Both the position numbers and the translations under genes were made by a program. A DNA stretch of 62,905 bases, counting the filler, from Octopus bimaculoides (lineage: Eukaryota): assembly GCF_001194135.2 (NCBI RefSeq). It is 6 parts of 6 records of this genome, joined end to end, with 100 filler letters (N's around TTAATTAATTAA, not from the genome) between each part and the next. Parts side by side here need not be neighbours in the genome. Positions count along the whole stretch, not along the records: positions 1 to 22,950 come from NC_068987.1; positions 23,051 to 41,527 come from NC_068985.1; 4 more parts are not named here. One strand, written 5' to 3'. Shown here one piece after another: positions 13,837 to 25,959 of the stretch. The stretch's first letter is position 1; each line of letters begins with the position of its first letter. A model generated the notes under the pieces. The model was not told the origin of the DNA. It saw only the letters and a program-made list of their open reading frames with translations, and did not search any database.

Positions 13837-14232
13837 AGCCGCTTTCATATTCTTTCTAACTTTGGCACGAAGCCAGTTATTTCGAGGGTGCTCGTGTCGA
13901 ATATACCGGCTCTGCTGCTTAACTGGTACTTTGCATTGTCCATCCTGAAAAAATGAAAGTTGGCATCGAGGAATTTGGACTGAAAACGTAAAGAGCTGGA
14001 ACAAATGCTGATTTTGTCTTACGCTGCAGAGAGCCACTTTCATATTCTTTCTAATTTGGGTACAAAGCCAGACATTTCTAGGGTTCTCGTGTCGCATATA
14101 CCGGCCCCGATGCTTATCTGGTACTTTGCATTGTCGACCCCGAAAAGATGAAAGATGTAATTGGCATCGAGGAATTTGAACTGAAAAAGTAAAGAGATGG
14201 AACAAATACTGATTTTGTCTAACGCTGAAGAG
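13837..14232 (-). mobile_element. Tandem dimer (period about 195 bp) of a diverged SINE-B-like unit
   Basis: agcc(g/a)ctttcatattctttctaa starts at both 13837 and 14032. Each unit contains ctggtactt..cgaccccgaaa.gatgaaag..gaggaatttg(g/a)act, as in family B. Confidence 0.75.
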
Positions 14233-16659
14233 ATTAAGATAATGATGAAGTATTCAGGTTACGAGAAGAATTTTAATTAATAATTCTTGAATTACTGCAT
14301 TAAATATCATGATAAGCACTATGTTAATGTCCCTATATATTTTATATATTGAGATGCACTCACTCTTACATGCATGCATGTATGTATGTATGTATGCATG
14401 CATGTATCTATTTATGTATGTATGTATCTATCTATCTAAATATTTGTATGTCTATCTGAGAGTCTGTTTGTGTGTCTGTCTTTATGTATGTAAGCATGAA
14501 TTAAATGAAGGAATGAATAGATGAATGAATGAATGAACGAATGAATGTAAAAACTTTGTTTGGCAGTGTTTCTCTATATTTGATAAACATCCTCCCAAAA
14601 TGTTAATGTCAAAGAATGCTATTCGAGCTAACCAAGAATTCGTAATTTGCTTTTAATTTCCTATTTCTGTGTTGTGCACATTGGTGTTCTCTTCAATTTT
14701 ATTATATCATTGATAATTATCCCACAGAACGTGGGAAAATAACCCTAGATTAGAAACCGTGTAAGTTTTGAGACCGGTGCTTTTTTGTTCAATGTAACGA
14801 AAATGCGAGAAATGTGTGGTTTCTCTTTGGTATCAATACAAATGTGTTATTGTCACCAGCATCTCTGCGAGTATCAGTAAGGAATTCGTCGTTTTTACAT
14901 CCACAACGGCCGAAAGCAAAAGCGAGCACTTCCATTAACATGTTAAATTTATGGATTAATAAAATAGTAGTTGTAAGTTGAATTCCCTTATTGTACTTTC
15001 TTCGTTCTCCTGCATAACCTACGTTTCCGTTGTTGTTCAAGATGGGTACCGTTTGGCCTTGGAAATGTCATCTGCCATAATGATGTGCGATCCATAAGGA
15101 GATGATTATAGATCATAATCTTTGTTCCCGTTCATTCTGTGAATCAAGAGATACAGCCAGGAAATTATAGATTCTATAATGTCGAAGGAGAATTTTAAAT
15201 ATACAGTACTAACTGCAATACCGTAATACAGTACAAGAAACTTTGCAATTAATAGGAATAAAAACAATAACCCTGGATACCTTTAGTGGACAGCAATATG
15301 TTGAAATACTCTCGTCCACATATCACTTCACGACAGTGTACCTCAAAATGTACAGGAAAACATTATGGCTTGCACCAATGGCATTAGCTTGAACAGACAG
15401 CTTGCAATGGTCACAGGAATTTTTTTAATCATAGTAACTTTTAAGTAATACTTTGTCACTGAAAGAAAAAAAATCCAATAATCAATATTACAGGTTCCTA
15501 CATATACCACTAATTTACAAACTGCGCAATCGATCAAACTGAAACAGCAGCAATAAAAAATCTGTCATTTCACATTAGTGGAAGAACACACATACAAAAT
15601 TGTAGTTCCTGTTATACTATACCGCAAAATTTAGATGTGCTCTCACAACTAGAAATCTTTTGACCATATATATATGCTCAAGCAAAGCTAACATACGTTT
15701 AAACAAAATCGACAACAGTATTATTAAGCGGCCAAATGTAACTTTGAAATACTATAGGAAATTATACAGCCACACACACAATAAGTCGTATCCAAATATG
15801 CACACACAAACCATATTACAAATATATCAATATAAGCCTTCCCCACTTCTCCATGTCATTTGCAGGTCTCAAATACTCAAGCTGTAAACGTTAGCAATTC
15901 ATGTCTTTCTAACAGATTGTTCTGCCATAATCCTCCTCATTGTTATATTTTGACGGATTAATCCATCAAAATCTATTTCAAATCATCAACAAATGTTCGA
16001 TGTTAACTTCTTAAATTTTTTAAGCTGTTAAACTTCTCTCATCACCACCACTGACACATAATTTGCCTGCACCATCATCACAACCGTTTTCCTATATCAC
16101 CACAACCATTTCCAACATCATTACCAACACCACCGCTGACACCGAATCCCTTTCTCAAGTATCACTGCTTTTCCCCACATCAATTCTACAAGAATACAAT
16201 CAGTATCACAAACACTAGAATTACATCAAAACGGCAAAATAATAAACCACAACGTCGCGACTATCATGAAGAAAAAAGCAAGACTGATCAGGGCTCTACT
16301 ACCATGACCACGACAGCGAAACACGTCAGGTAACGAGGAATGGATATCAATAGAGCTTATGCGTATTTATTCGGCGTGCTAGAAATAGCAACGACAAAAA
16401 CTCAATCAAATGACACCCAAATGCGTCGCATAAGGAAACGTCATATTAGATGATGTAATAATAATAATAATAATAATAATAATANNNNNNNNNNNNNNNN
16501 NNNNNNNNNNNNNNNNNNNNNNNNNNNNNNNNNNNNNNNNNNNNNNNNNNNNNNNNNNNNNNNNNNNNNNNNNNNNNNNNNNNNCAAATGCAAAACAAAA
16601 GTCAAACATAAAATAATAATAATAAAAATAACAATAATGATAATAATAATAATAATGAT

Positions 16660-16835
16660 AACATCAATTTTGGCAGAGGGTAAGTCGATTGCATTGATGC
16701 CAATGTTTCACTGGCATTTAATTCATCGTCCCCGAAAGAATGAAGGACCAAGTCGACATCAGCTGAATGTAAACCCCGAACGTAGCGGCATATCGCGCGA
16801 GGTGGTAACGATTCTGACATCTCACCACCTTAATA
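16660..16835 (-). mobile_element. SINE family B, diverged
   Basis: gggtaagtcgattgcattgatgcc...cgtccccgaaagaatgaaggaccaagtcgac...taacgattctgac, next to (TAA)n on both sides. Confidence 0.75.
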
Positions 16836-16837
16836 TG

Positions 16838-16913
<76 letters not shown>

Positions 16914-16964
16914 TTAATAATATTATTAATAATAATAATAATGATGATGATGATGATAATGATG

Positions 16965-18205
16965 GCTCACGGAAGGGAAGACTATCCTAATTCCCAAATC
17001 CACTGAAGCGCCAAACTCACAAAATTACAGAACGATAACTTGTCACCCTACAATCTATAAAACCTTTACTGCAATGATATCACAGAGAATGAGCTAACAG
17101 CTTGAAGAAAATATGTTTCCAGAAGAGCAGAAGGGATTCTGCAAGAGCTCATACGGCTGTGAAGATTAGTTACTGATCAATAAAGTTATAGTTGAAGATA
17201 ACTGCAGAAAGAAGAAGAGTCTAAGTATGGCCTGGATCGATTACCGAAAGACTTTTGGTAGTATTCCCCACACATGGATCCTAGAAACACAAGCCACGAA
17301 CAAGGTAGCATCAAAAATCATAAAATATATAAAACATTCGCACAAATGAAGGAGACGATAGAAAAAGGAACACAATAAACCAGTTAGATTAATACCGAAA
17401 GCAGAGCTGAATGCGAAAAACAAGATAATAGGTATCAACACTCTTGCCGTCTCAGTTATAAGTTACAGCTACAATATTCTTAACTGGATTGTAAATGAAC
17501 TAATCAAAATAAACAGGAAAACATGAAAAATAATAACAGGGTTTAGGCTGTTCTACACAAAATCTGACATAGAAAGGCTTTACTTTCAATGAATCGAAGG
17601 TGGTAGACGCCTTATACAGCTAGACAGATATTACAAAATAACCAACATAGGACTGCAGAAATCCCTACTTCAAAAGCAAGGAAAGCTAGTACAAATAACT
17701 GCAAAACATGAACAAAACAAAAGACTGCTTTCAGTCTTTAAGGAAGCTGACAAATACAAAAAAGAAGTCATAGTACCTAACAGCTATGAAGAGAGCCTAT
17801 ATACATTGAAAGCTGTGCCAACACTATGGAATAACAACAGAAAAAAAGATGGTATGAACACACACCTGAAAAGGCCACAGAAAACGAGGAAGCAACCATA
17901 GACACAGATAGAGAAATTAAGGCTTATAGGCCGGATATCATTGCCAGAGATCACCAACCAAAAACATGCTTTCTAATCGATGTATTAATACCACCATTTA
18001 ACAATGTTTCCCTAAGAGAAACGGAGAAATTTTGAAAATACAAAGATGTGGAAACAGAGGTAACTTGAATGTGGAGCCTAAAAACAGAAACAGTTCCTAT
18101 CATATTAGGTGCATAAGGTATGATAAAAAAAAACATTCAGACAAAAACACCAGGACTAACAAGTATATATAACATACAGAAAATAGCACTGCTAGGCACC
18201 GCACA
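16965..18205 (+). mobile_element. R4/Dong-type LINE, 5'-truncated and internally deleted
   Basis: Colinear with 39050-41090: GKTILIPKS..NYRTIT..EEQKG..LLINK..LSMAWIDYRK.F.SIPHTWILE. It then jumps over the YMDD core to the INTLAV..SYNILNW region and on to the RLE domain (FLIDVLIP...ETEKF). Confidence 0.9.
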
Positions 18206-19463
18206 CAGTAGAAGGATGGGTCGAAACGATCGTCGTACAAAATAAGACTAATACCTTATCCATATTCTAGATACTTAATCAGATCACAACTGACACGGCA
18301 GAATTCTTCAAGTAGGTCAAACGGAAATATACCCAACTGCAAATGACTCGAAAGAATCCTGACCGTACCAGTGCTTTACTGAAAACATTAACACGCTAAT
18401 CGACAAATACCCATTAGTCTCAAAAATTATATGTATATACGTATATATATATATATATNNNNNNNNNNNNNNNNNNNNNNNNNNNNNNNNNNNNNNNNNN
18501 NNNNNNNNNNNNNNNNNNNNNNNNNNNNNNNNNNNNNNNNNNNNNNNNNNNNNNNNNNNNNNNNNNNNNNNNNNNNNNNNNNNNNNNNNNNNNNNNNNNN
18601 NNNNNNNNNNNNNNNNNNNNNNNNNNNNNNNNNNNNNNNNNNNNNNNNNNNNNNNNNNNNNNNNNNNNNNNNNNNNNNNNNNNNNNNNNNNNNNNNNNNN
18701 NNNNNNNNNNNNNNNNNNNNNNNNNNNNNNNNNNNNNNNNNNNNNNNNNNNNNNNNNNNNNNNNNNNNNNNNNNNNNNNNNNNNNNNNNNNNNNNNNNNN
18801 NNNNNNNNNNNNNNNNNNNNNNNNNNNNNNNNNNNNNNNNNNNNNNNNNNNNNNNNNNNNNNNNNNNNNNNNNNNNNNNNNNNNNNNNNNNNNNNNNNNN
18901 NNNNNNNNNNNNNNNNNNNNNNNNNNNNNNNNNNNNNNNNNNNNNNNNNNNNNNNNNNNNNNNNNNNNNNNNNNNNNNNNNNNNNNNNNNNNNNNNNNNN
19001 NNNNNNNNNNNNNNNNNNNNNNNNNNNNNNNNNNNNNNNNNNNNNNNNNNNNNNNNNNNNNNNNNNNNNNNNNNNNNNNNNNNNNNNNNNNNNNNNNNNN
19101 NNNNNNNNNNNNNNNNNNNNNNNNNNNNNNNNNNNNNNNNNNNNNNNNNNNNNNNNNNNNNNNNNNNNNNNNNNNNNNNNNNNNNNNNNNNNNNNNNNNN
19201 NNNNNNNNNNNNNNNNNNNNNNNNNNNNNNNNNNNNTATATATATATATATATGTATAATATTATAGAGACAGACAGAAAGAGACACATAGAGATACAGA
19301 GAGCAAGAGATGTGTTTATGCACCTGAGTAGATACATAAAGCCTGCAGCTCGTATGTGTTGGTGTCATACAATAAAAACGCGACGTAATCCACTGGTAGA
19401 GAGAGATCCATGTACGCTCACACGGAAGGACGATGCCAGTCCGTGTGAGCGTAGAGTAAATAA

Positions 19464-19741
19464 TTAATTGAAAGAACGAAAAAACAGAGAAAAAAATGAG
19501 GAAAAAAACGAACGTGCAGACGTGCACAAGCAACATATTAATTTGAAACTCGGTGAAAGAAGCGAATTGTTGTTAACATTCCTTCTCTTTGGACGTTCCA
19601 GTTTCCGACGAAGATCTATGCTCGAAACGTTAACAACTACTCACTTCTATCACCCATTGCCAAATTAATATATGTGCCTGTGCACGTCCTAACGTTCGCT
19701 TTCTTTTCTTTTTTCCTCTGGTTTTTCGCTCTTTGAATTAA
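19464..19741 (+). mobile_element. 278-nt foldback element with a degenerate hammerhead core in its loop (probable Penelope-derived inverted terminal repeat)
   Basis: Imperfect inverted arms 19464-19577 and 19629-19741. The loop contains ccgacga-a-gatc-tat-gctc-GAAAC, running into GTT at the start of the right arm. Confidence 0.6.
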
Positions 19742-19844
19742 CTATACATACATATGAACATATACTTGTATGTGTGAGAGTATGTGATGTTTGTATGTAT
19801 TTGTACGTGGACCTACATTATACACATATGTACACGTATAGTTG

Positions 19845-19887
<43 letters not shown>

Positions 19888-20089
19888 NNNNNNNNNNNNN
19901 NNNNNNNNNNNNNNNNNNNNNNNNNNNNNNNNNNNNNNNNNNNNNNNNNNNNNNNNNNNNNNNNNNNNNNNNNNNNNNNNNNNNNNNNNNNNNNNNNNNN
20001 NNNNNNNNNNNNNNNNNNNNNNNNNNNNNNNNNNNNNNNNNNNNNNNNNNNNNNNNNNNNNNNNNNNATATATATATATATATATATAT

Positions 20090-20260
20090 ATACAAATAAT
20101 AACAACAGACGAGGACAGGTGGTGTAAATAACAAAAGTATATATTAGTATGACGCTCGGGAATACGGAAAGTCTTTGACGTTTCGAGCTACGCTCTTCAA
20201 CAGAAAGAATACGGAGACAAGGAGAAAAGCACGGAGAAAAAAAATTGAATAGTGTTCAGT
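20090..20260 (-). mobile_element. Short non-coding Penelope-related terminal repeat ending in (TA)n
   Basis: Contains the hammerhead motif at 20172-20208. Its 3' end (acaccacctgtcctcgtctgttgtt...) runs into (TA)n. The PLE assignment is inferred from the hammerhead architecture. Confidence 0.5.
20172..20208 (-). ncRNA. Minimal type I hammerhead ribozyme-like motif
   Basis: The minus strand reads TCTTT-CTGTTGA-A-GAGC-GTA-GCTC-GAAAC-GTC-AAAGA: 5-bp stem I, 4-bp stem II, palindromic ACGT in place of stem III, and a GUC cleavage triplet. The core is CUGUUGA rather than CUGANGA. Confidence 0.6.
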
Positions 20261-21741
20261 CAACATGCACACACATACAAACACATAGACACACACAGAC
20301 CTCCACACACCTATAGAATGTGCATAAATGTGACTCAGTTGCTGTGCTAGTGTGTATGTATGTGTGTATGTGTGTGCGAATATTTGTATTTCATATTTTT
20401 TTTTAATTCTTGACATATTTCAATTTGTCTTCGACACTCATTTATCATGAGGTATCCAAACATTATTAACACGAAGTGAAACCACATAACATTACTATGC
20501 CAACATTATTATAAATTACAATAGCAATTCACTACTACAAATGCTAACATTACTCCGAGCATATTCAACTATTGAACCAATACCAGCACAGTGCACGACA
20601 GCAAAGCTAGACACCACCTGATACAGCAATAACTCTGCTACAATGATCATTTATCCGTTACATACTTTTGCACAACTAAACGCAAAAGCCGAACAGCAGC
20701 ACTGCCAGCTAATCCAACATAGCGAATGCTACCACAACCGGCACCAAGAGCAATAATTCCATAGCCGTCATCTCTACCACCTCCACCACCACAAACAACA
20801 ACAACAACACCATCTCCCCCACTACCACTGCAATTATCCCTATCGCAACCATTGCCATCATGATTATCGCGAACACTACTCCAACAACTACCACCACCAC
20901 CGTTGTCAACGTCACCAGTACCAACAGCAACAGCACCACTACTGCAAAGAACAATACACTAAAGCCTCTTCTCGCATCGCTTTAAACAGAAAACAACGTA
21001 TATTGGGAAACCCTGACATATTTTAGCCTCGGGACAGTGAAAATAAATCCTGAGCGCTTTTCTATAGGCACACATATACAGGAAGCTACAAACCCAGCTG
21101 CACATATACACATAAGGACACAGGTATTACATAAACACACATAAGCACACATACACTCACCAATGTGTGCTTTTGTGTGTGTGTTTTTATGCACATCTGC
21201 ACATAGGACTTTCTTCAACAGTCTAATCACTTCGGTGACATATGGCTAAGACAAGGAGGGATTAAGATGATCGTCTCTTTTGCTAAATGGTGGTGATGAC
21301 AGTGACGGTGATGATAATGATAATGATAATGATGATGGTAGTGGTGGTGGTGGCGGTGGCGGTGGCACTGGTTGTGGTGGTATTGGCAATAACGGTGGTG
21401 GTGGTGGTGGTGGTGGCGGCGGTGATGATAGTAGTAGNNNNNNNNNNNNNNNNNNNNNNNNNNNNNNNNNNNNNNNNNNNNNNNNNNNNNNNAGTAGTAG
21501 TAGTAGTAGTAGTAGTAACAGCAGCAGCAAATAGTGGCGGCGGTGAGGCTGCAGAAGGTGATTATGATGTATGAAATAATAGATACGAGTTTAAGATTTA
21601 AGAGAACCAGTGGAATGAAGGAGGAAAACCATCTGACACCAACATTCTCAGTTCACTGTAGAAACTTAAGCACAACAGGTTTTGAAAAATAAGATTTTAA
21701 AAAATGATGATGATGAGAATAATAATAATAATAACAACAAC

Positions 21742-21793
<52 letters not shown>

Positions 21794-21850
21794 TAGAACT
21801 AGCTGGACCCGTGAAAAATTCATGGAAAATATAGAAAATGTAAGCATCGT

Positions 21851-22055
21851 ATTTCTTTATTGCCCACAAGGGGCTAAACATAGAGGAGACAAACAAGGAC
21901 AGACAAAGGGATTAAGTCGATTACATCAACCCCCAGTGCGTTATTTATCGACCCAGAAAGGGTGAAAGGCAAAGTCGACCACAGCGGAATTTGAATTCAG
22001 AACGTAACGGCAGAGGAAAGCATTTCGCCCGGCATTGTAATTTTTCTGCCAGCTT
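21851..22055 (-). mobile_element. SINE family B with 'type 1' tail
   Basis: atttctttattgcccacaaggggctaaaca...gtcgattacatcaacccccagtgcg...gcggaatttgaattcagaacg...tctgccagct. Confidence 0.9.
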
Positions 22056-22094
22056 GTAAATAGTGTACAGGTGCCGTGAGAAATGTTTGTATAT

Positions 22095-22255
22095 TATGAC
22101 CGTCTGTCTTTACATTCTAAGTTCAAATTCTGCCGAGGTCGTCTTTGCCTTTCGTCCTTTCGGGCTCGATAAATTAAGTATCAGTTGTGTACTGGGGTCG
22201 ATCTAATCAACTGGCCCACTCCCCACAAAACTTTCAGACCTAGAAAAGTATGTTG
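22095..22255 (+). mobile_element. SINE family B with 'type 2' tail, head-to-head with the previous copy
   Basis: aagttcaaattctgccgaggtcgtctttgcctttcgtcctttcggg...gtactggggtcgatctaatcaactggcc...cctagaaaag. Confidence 0.85.
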
Positions 22256-22416
22256 TGATATTTACAGAATATAGAAGTAATGTAATGCCAATGACTATAT
22301 AAGCCCTTACATAAAAAAAACTATACATTAGTAATCGTTTGTCAAAGAGTACGTACATCTTTTTGGGACAACCTGTATATAGACAGAGAGAGAGAGAGAG
22401 GGAGAGAGGGAGACGG

Positions 22417-22860
22417 AAAGTCATGGTTGTGTGGTAAGAAGCTTGCTTCCCAACCACATGGTTCTGTTTTCAGTCCCATTGCGTATCACCTTGGGCGTGT
22501 GTCTTCTAATATTGCCTCGGTCGAACCAAGCCTTCTGATTGGATTTTGTAGATGAAAACTAAAAGAAGACCCTCGTATATATGCATATATGTATGTGTGT
22601 GTGTGCATGTGTGTGTCTGAGTCAGTGCTTGTCCCAAACGAAAGCCTGACAACTGGTGATGGTGTGTTTATGTCTCCGTAATTCAACGGTTCGGCAAAAG
22701 AACCGATAGAATAAATGTCGCGTGTAACGAATAAATAAATAAATAAAATAAGAACTGGGATGGAATCATTGGATTAAAACTTATTGTCCATGGTGGTGCC
22801 CCAGCAGGGACGAAGTCTAATGACTGAAACAAGTAAAAGAAAACAGATAAAAGATATAAA
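22417..22860 (+). mobile_element. SINE family A, diverged full-length copy
   Basis: Head tggttgtgtggtaagaagcttgcttcccaaccacatggtt, an internal TA/TG microsatellite, and the tail gactgaaacaagtaaaag. Confidence 0.85.
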
Positions 22861-22950
22861 TATAAAATGCATATGTATGTGTATATATATGTATATATGC
22901 AATGAATATTTATGCATGTGTATATATATATACATGTGTATGTATACATA

Positions 22951-23050
22951 NNNNNNNNNNNNNNNNNNNNNNNNNNNNNNNNNNNNNNNNNNNNTTAATT
23001 AATTAANNNNNNNNNNNNNNNNNNNNNNNNNNNNNNNNNNNNNNNNNNNN
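22951..23050. other. Assembly linker: 44 N + TTAATTAATTAA + 44 N (also at 41528-41627, 44969-45068, 54422-54521, 59967-60066)
   Basis: Identical 100-bp geometry in five places. The 12-mer is palindromic and contains stop codons in all six frames. Confidence 0.97.
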
Positions 23051-23275
23051 CTGATGAATATTTTCTCCACATTTCCGGGTGTGACGCTCGTGGTAGGTGT
23101 TCCAGATCGCTTATCGTCTTCCGGGAACGTGCTTCCGCTTTTGAAATGCCCGTGCCACTCGAAACATTGCCTCGTCACCGTAAACTTACCAAAGCATGCT
23201 CGATATCTCTATAGAAGGCTTCCTAAGTTTAACTGAAAATTTCACGTTGGCTCTTTGTTTTAAGTGCCTGTCCAT
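23051..23275 (-). pseudogene. Mariner transposase N-terminal HTH relic
   Basis: MDRHLKQRANVKFSVKLRKP..EI..ML.*VYGDEAM, then a frameshift, then CFEWHGHFKSGS....DDKRSGTPTTSVTPGNVEKI. It is cut off by the linker gap. Confidence 0.88.
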
Positions 23276-23751
23276 GAAAAAATCGCAGGCTACAGCGTAC
23301 ACGTTATCCCAAAATCACAAAATTCACAACTTTCGGTTATTTTCCTGGGTTTTTATTTTGACGGATTTCTGTTGCAGAACATGGAAACTGAAGAATTCTA
23401 TTGAACTGATATTTTCAAACCAAAGAGTTCGAAAGACTTAGTAGATGACCGCGTCAGTAAAACCCTTTACTAAAGACCTGACACTTAGCCCATATGTTAT
23501 GAGACTGCTTGTAAATAAATTTTCTGACCGACAGTGGACATTACTCGAAATGCTGGGAATCATTTCAATAAAATACGAACTTATCCACACATTCTTTTAT
23601 TCTTTTAATCGTTTCAGTCATTTGATTGCGGCCATGCTGAAGCATTGTTAAGAATATTATTTATGGAGAAATATTCGTAATTCCAGATATTGAGTTGTAA
23701 ACTGATCGAAATCTTCCCCAAATTTACGCTCAAATTTTGTATTATTTTGTT

Positions 23752-23913
23752 ATATAATATAATATAATATAATATAATATAATATAATATAATATAATAT
23801 AATATAATATAATATAATATAATATAATATAATATAATATAATATAATATAATATAATATAATATAATATAATATAATATAATATAATATAATATAATAT
23901 AATATAATATAAT
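23752..23913. repeat. Perfect (TATAA)n pentanucleotide array
   Basis: Directly visible. It produces the YYIIL-repeat ORFs in the track. Confidence 0.97.
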
Positions 23914-24185
23914 AAGGTGCGTAGCCTAGCGGTAAAGGTGTGGACTTCACGATCGTAAGATTGTAGGTTCAAATCTTAGGCCAGATCGCATATTTCTTGA
24001 GTAAAACGTTTCAGTTCATATTGCTTCACACTGCTCGGTTGAAAATGGGTACCAACAGCTGGAGATTAAAATTGCAACCGACTGGCGTCTTATCTAGTAT
24101 GTGTATGTGTGTAGTCTTTTATCCTCAGTCGCTTAGCGCCACAGAAACCGGTATAAGTTCTGCCTAACACTCCCGTTCGCTTGTA
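23914..24185 (+). mobile_element. SINE family C: tRNA-derived head plus a conserved-type central domain
   Basis: A-box-like TAGCCTAGCGG and B-box-like GGTTCAAATC, followed by cttgagtaaaac...aaaatgggtacc...gactggcgtc...agtcgct..ccacagaaaccgg. These resemble the widespread metazoan (Meta/V-type) SINE central domains, from recall. Confidence 0.65.
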
Positions 24186-25959
24186 ACACACTTTAAGTTA
24201 ACATATATAACATGTGTGTGTGTGTGTATAATGTATAATATAATATGAAAAAATATAAAGAAACGATTATTTGGCATTTCAATTGTAAAATGAATTCCTT
24301 CTGTAAATATCTGTTTTCTTTCTATTACAGAAATTAAAATTCCTCTAGAGAACATTAACATTCTTAAAGCCCAGCTTCACCGCTTTTGTTCGTTCTTACT
24401 TTTATACTTAATTTATTTGTTCCAGTTATAATTCCCCGAATTGCTATTATTTTCTCTCCTGAGATTTGTATTTTAGATTTATATGTCTTCTATTTTTAAT
24501 TTCCTCCTTCTCAAATGTTTTCAACGATTTTCTCCATTATAAACTATTATTATATTCAATATAAAGGCTATCTGATGGTTTTCATATACATTTTCACTGT
24601 CATCAAATCATTTCATGCCAATTTATAATTTTTTTCTACCATAATACTTAGCCTGCCTTTTGTTTTACACATTTTAAACTCTCAGTTTCATCCCAGACTA
24701 ACTCAATTGACAAAACATTTGATTCCAAAGTGCAGAAAATGATTTTAAACAAACAACACTTCTAATCCAGGTTTGCTGACATTTTCTTCTGCCTATTCTT
24801 GGCGTTTACAAAGATTTACTACTTGTTTGTCTGAAACGTCACTTTAAAATATTTACGACTATTTTCGGCCGTTAATACCAGTTCCCAACACATTTACATT
24901 TCTAAAACATGTTCAGATAATCTAATTATTTTTTGTCGTCTTTTTTTAGCATTTCGTATTTTCCTGTTACCGACCTTTCTTTGTTATTTTACCACTTTTT
25001 ACATAATGTGTTCAGGTCCACAAGCAGAAAGCCGGAAGCCTCCACTCCCTCAAAACAAAACAAAATGCTTATATGCTGACAACACAAGTGCTTCTGTGCT
25101 TATTTGAGGAATTTACACTTATGAACTATTATTACTTGAAGCTCTCAATCATAACAAAAAATAACAACAATGCTGCGGGATAAAATAACACGACAACTAT
25201 AGCTTTTGTTGGTTTTAAACTGAAATTAACACAGAATAACAGATAACTAAAGCCATTACATTACTTGTACTTATATCAGTGACACTTGAAAGATAAAAGA
25301 GTAAATTGGCCTCAAATAGACCTGCAATGCTCCATAATTTGGTTCTTTCCTTCCTAAACGTACTTTGTGTCGTTATTTTGTACATTTATGTATCTTAAGT
25401 GATATTTCTTCTCTATATTAAACGATATGAACATTTTTAGTTTTCATATTATTAACTATTTTTACATTATTTCAGAGTAAATGTGAATGTAAATCTGACG
25501 TTTCATAACTCAGACTCTATCATTTATTTAACCATACTTAGCTTTTAAGATGTTTATTATATATAAAGAATCAGAAATAAAGAGGGACTCAAAGACATAA
25601 ACGAGGTAAAAAGAAAACTCAAAAAACTATTTCCCTTTCAAGGTTTCGCTTATTTTCAGATTTGTTCAGTCAATGATGAAAATTGCTGTTTTTGTTCGGC
25701 ACATGGTTACCGTCGTGCGGACCAGAATTCTCATTCTTTAGAAATAGATTAATGACCAAATCGGTGTTAGCAAGTTAGATTAATCTGAGGACATTAGAAT
25801 CCTCTTGGGGAAAATCTATTTCTCATTGCTTCAATGCTTTAAAACAAAATGAGAAAATGGTAGAGTTGAGATATTTCTGTTAAATTCTCTACAATAAAAG
25901 GAGTCGCTTTGTTTACTTTCCTTTTTCTGAAAACTATAACTCACAGACAGTTTCCAATG

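Noticed and set aside
21246-21574. Poly-Gly/Pro/Val ORFs resembling low-complexity proteins
   Set aside because: They are translations of a (GGT/GAT/AGT)n compound microsatellite, with no splice or homology support.
23914-23990. tRNA-like sequences here and at the SINE heads (42413, 45735)
   Set aside because: They have A/B boxes but no complete cloverleaf, and they continue into repeat bodies. They are SINE heads, not tRNA genes.
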